DNA of 6,596 nt. Source: Propionibacteriaceae bacterium. GTDB lineage: Bacteria > Actinomycetota > Actinomycetes > Propionibacteriales > Propionibacteriaceae. The position numbers and the translations under genes were made by a program. Positions 4,993 to 6,596 of this stretch are shown piece after piece; positions within the stretch are counted from its first letter, which is position 1, and the number at the start of each line of letters is the position of its first letter. The DNA lies in contig JAIRQE010000023.1 in the NCBI GenBank assembly GCA_031256725.1, positions 1 to 6,596 on the forward strand, in the 5' to 3' direction. The notes beneath the pieces are model-generated. The model saw only the letters and a program-made list of their open reading frames with translations, had not been told where the DNA came from and did not search any database.

Positions 4993-5470
4993 CTGGTGAT
5001 TGCCATTCTGTCATTCTGCCACCATAAAGTAGTCGGGCCAGTTCGTGGGTGATGAGGTTGTCTTCGGTGAGCATGATCTGGTGAAGAACGCTTGGTTGCA
5101 TAGTTTGTGGTTTGCTGAGTCGAGATGGGGTAAGTCTGCCCACCATGTGGACAGATATGACCCTGATTGACCCAATAGCATTAATTTCTAATTACCATGG
5201 TATTATATTTTTCAACCATCTGAGGTTCCGTCTCTATGGTGCTCGGGTGGAACAGAGTCGATGGTGGTCCGTTTGCGGTGGGTAAGCGGTTCAATATGGC
5301 GCTCGATTGGAGTGTCACAGGACACAACCCCTGGAGCAGGGGTTAGTTGCACCGCGACCACCGCCTCACCCGATCCAGTGTGGTCAGTGGTGTTCACACT
5401 CACGACGAAGAGAAATAGGTCGAGGTTAACACTGAGGCTTGGCTCATAAGAAGCAATAATAGGAGGAAAA

Positions 5471-6094
5471 ATGAGATTTAAGAGATACCTTGTCGGTGTT
5501 GTTGTTCTGGTTTCAGGACTGATGACGGGTTGCACAGGCGCAAACCCAAGCGAGGATCCATCGGTGCTTGCACCAAATTTGCGGGCCTTCTTCCAGCAGT
5601 TCCTGAATCAACCCGGGATCTCTGATTTCGAGAGGGAGGTTTTCACCCGCGCGATCGAGACCGGTGGGATCACTCAGGAAGACTATGACGAGGCTTTCCG
5701 ACGATATATTTCCTGCATGGAAGATAAGGGATACTATGAGACTTATGAGCGCAGACCAGACGGTCTCATGTCTGTTTTCCCGCCAAGCGAGATCGACAAC
5801 CAAGAAGCAATGGATGCCTATGCGCCGCAAATGACGGACTGCGCTGATGGAACGGTGATACGGATTGAGTCGGCTTACAATGATCAGTTGAATAATCCCG
5901 GGTTGTTGTCTGATCCCTATGAGATTGTTGTTCAATGTCTGGCTCAGTCGGGACTGGTTGATCTTTCCTACACCCCTGAGCAGTTTGAACAGGACTGGAA
6001 TTCGAGTTTAAAGGATAACGCTCCGTTCGATCCAAAAGACCCTCAAGCTCAGCAATGCCTGTCTGGCGCAGGCATCAGCTATGCTACAGATTAG
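5471..6094 (+). CDS. Secreted lipoprotein of unknown function with four conserved-looking cysteines
   Basis: The 207-aa ORF has a near-perfect SD AGGAGG (5462..5467). Its signal peptide is MRFKRYLVGVVVLVSGLMTG|C, with a basic n-region, a hydrophobic core and a lipobox-like LMTGC. The mature part is acidic and hydrophilic. It has two copies of a Y..x.C[ML]xxxG motif (YISCMEDKGY and VVQCLAQSGL) plus TDCADG and QQCLSGAG. Confidence 0.8.
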   Translation: MRFKRYLVGVVVLVSGLMTGCTGANPSEDPSVLAPNLRAFFQQFLNQPGISDFEREVFTRAIETGGITQEDYDEAFRRYISCMEDKGYYETYERRPDGLMSVFPPSEIDNQEAMDAYAPQMTDCADGTVIRIESAYNDQLNNPGLLSDPYEIVVQCLAQSGLVDLSYTPEQFEQDWNSSLKDNAPFDPKDPQAQQCLSGAGISYATD

Positions 6095-6358
6095 TCTTGG
6101 AAGGAGACACTACATGAGTAAGGCGAATTGAATCCCCGGTGAGTCCGGAGAGTGTTTAGTGTTGCATTCCAGCTTCTGCTAGAACGCTGTCATGGACAGT
6201 GTAGTAGATTGTTTCTGCTTGGGCTGGTGGGCTGTCCCGAAGTAAGACTCCACGCCGACTGCTGGCAACGAAACCGACAACTACACCCAGCCGTCCTGGG
6301 CCCAGACGCACCGCGACCAGAAGACATGGACGGGTCGGCGGTTCTAATAAGCTAAATA

Positions 6359-6435
6359 TGGTGGGTCTAGGTGGACTTGAACCACCGACCTCTGCCTTAT
6401 CAGGGCAGCGCTCTAACCGTCTGAGCTATAGACCC
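6359..6435 (-). tRNA. tRNA-Ile (anticodon GAT), 77 nt, CCA encoded
   Basis: I folded the reverse complement by hand: GGGTCTA-TA-GCTC-AGACGGTTA-GAGC-G-CTGCC-CTGATAA-GGCAG-AGGTC-GGTGG-TTCAAGT-CCACC-TAGACCC-A-CCA. All four stems are fully Watson-Crick. U33 and A37 flank GAU. The GG in the D-loop and the TTCAAGT T-loop are present. Confidence 0.95.
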
Positions 6436-6445
6436 GCAGGGAGAA

Positions 6446-6474
6446 ACTTTACCAAGCTATGGCACTAGGCTCAA
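6446..6474 (-). promoter_or_regulatory. Sigma70/SigA-type promoter for tRNA-Ile
   Basis: The minus strand reads TTGAGC (6474..6469), a 17-nt spacer, then TAAAGT (6451..6446). The -10 ends 10 nt upstream of the mature tRNA 5' end (6435). That fits a short leader removed by RNase P. Confidence 0.5.
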
Positions 6475-6596
6475 GTTGACGACGACAATCACATTATGTG
6501 CCCGCGTAGTGGGTGCCCGTGTATCACATGTTTTTGCCCGCGAAACCATGGGGCGCGGAAGACTGTTGGAGTGTGAAGAGTGGTTTGTCGATGAAG

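Noticed and set aside
5212-5535. Track ORFs 5212..5535(-) and 5261..5449(+), and 5513..5935(-)/5766..6035(-)
   Set aside because: The only ATG of the 107-aa minus ORF lies inside the well-supported lipoprotein gene. The others are off-frame shadows of that gene. Only the 5212..5470 portion is kept, as a possible decayed remnant in the findings.
6228-6238. Partial match (TGGTGGG) to the tRNA 3' end as a possible att repeat; a similar GGTGGGT occurs near 5278
   Set aside because: Only 7 nt match, which is well within chance. The flanking bases do not extend the match, so this is not evidence for an integration site.
6152-6355. 67-aa plus-strand ORF next to the tRNA
   Set aside because: It has a GTG start without an SD and a Cys/Trp/His/Arg/Pro-rich composition unlike real proteins. 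It runs head-on into the tRNA 3' end.
6476-6596. Possible coding sequence at the right edge (ATG at 6548 on plus; open frames on minus) and the repeated TGCCCG(C/T)G motif
   Set aside because: About 50-120 nt is too little to call a gene. There is no SD before the ATG. All three minus frames are open, so openness is uninformative. The 8-mer repeat is short and GC-rich.
1-6596. CRISPR arrays, IS elements, integrases, rRNA
   Set aside because: I found no regularly spaced direct repeats, no terminal inverted repeats bracketing a transposase-like ORF, no recombinase motifs in any ORF, and no rRNA-like sequence.

Overview
This 6.6 kb window looks chromosomal. My guess is a moderate-GC Gram-positive organism, possibly Actinomycetota. 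That guess rests only on the stand-alone tRNA-Ile(GAU), the Mycobacterium-like MazF and ArsR sequences, and several apparently leaderless starts. From left to right I can support 9 coding regions and 1 tRNA.

1. The His-rich N-terminus of a probable metal transporter (minus strand, runs off the left edge). It is divergent from an ArsR/SmtB repressor that keeps a complete alpha5 metal site (D-x-H-x10-H-x2-H). A 22-bp palindrome sits between the two genes.
2. A small protein with three transmembrane segments.
3. A 275-aa Fpg/Nei-family DNA glycosylase homologue. Its N-terminus reads M-I-E-I-P-E instead of the canonical M-P-E-L-P-E.
4. Three co-directional genes on the minus strand. The first is a ~647-aa gamma-class N6-adenine DNA-methyltransferase-like protein with motif order X, I, III, NPPY. 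A ribbon-helix-helix antitoxin and a MazF/PemK toxin follow it.
5. A divergent, visibly AT-richer SdpI/YhfL-like membrane protein.
6. A 588-bp stretch with no convincing gene. It contains hairpins and sub-threshold or decayed ORFs.
7. A Cys-containing lipoprotein.
8. tRNA-Ile(GAT) with a good promoter.

The best candidate for an undescribed system is the partner-less methyltransferase-like protein. It has an atypical AdoMet loop and a large uncharacterised C-terminal region. It sits directly upstream of the MazEF-like pair, next to an orphan immunity-type membrane protein, and on the 3' side of a tRNA gene. I see no restriction endonuclease, integrase, CRISPR array or IS element in the window. 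All functional calls come from reading motifs by eye; no database search was run.
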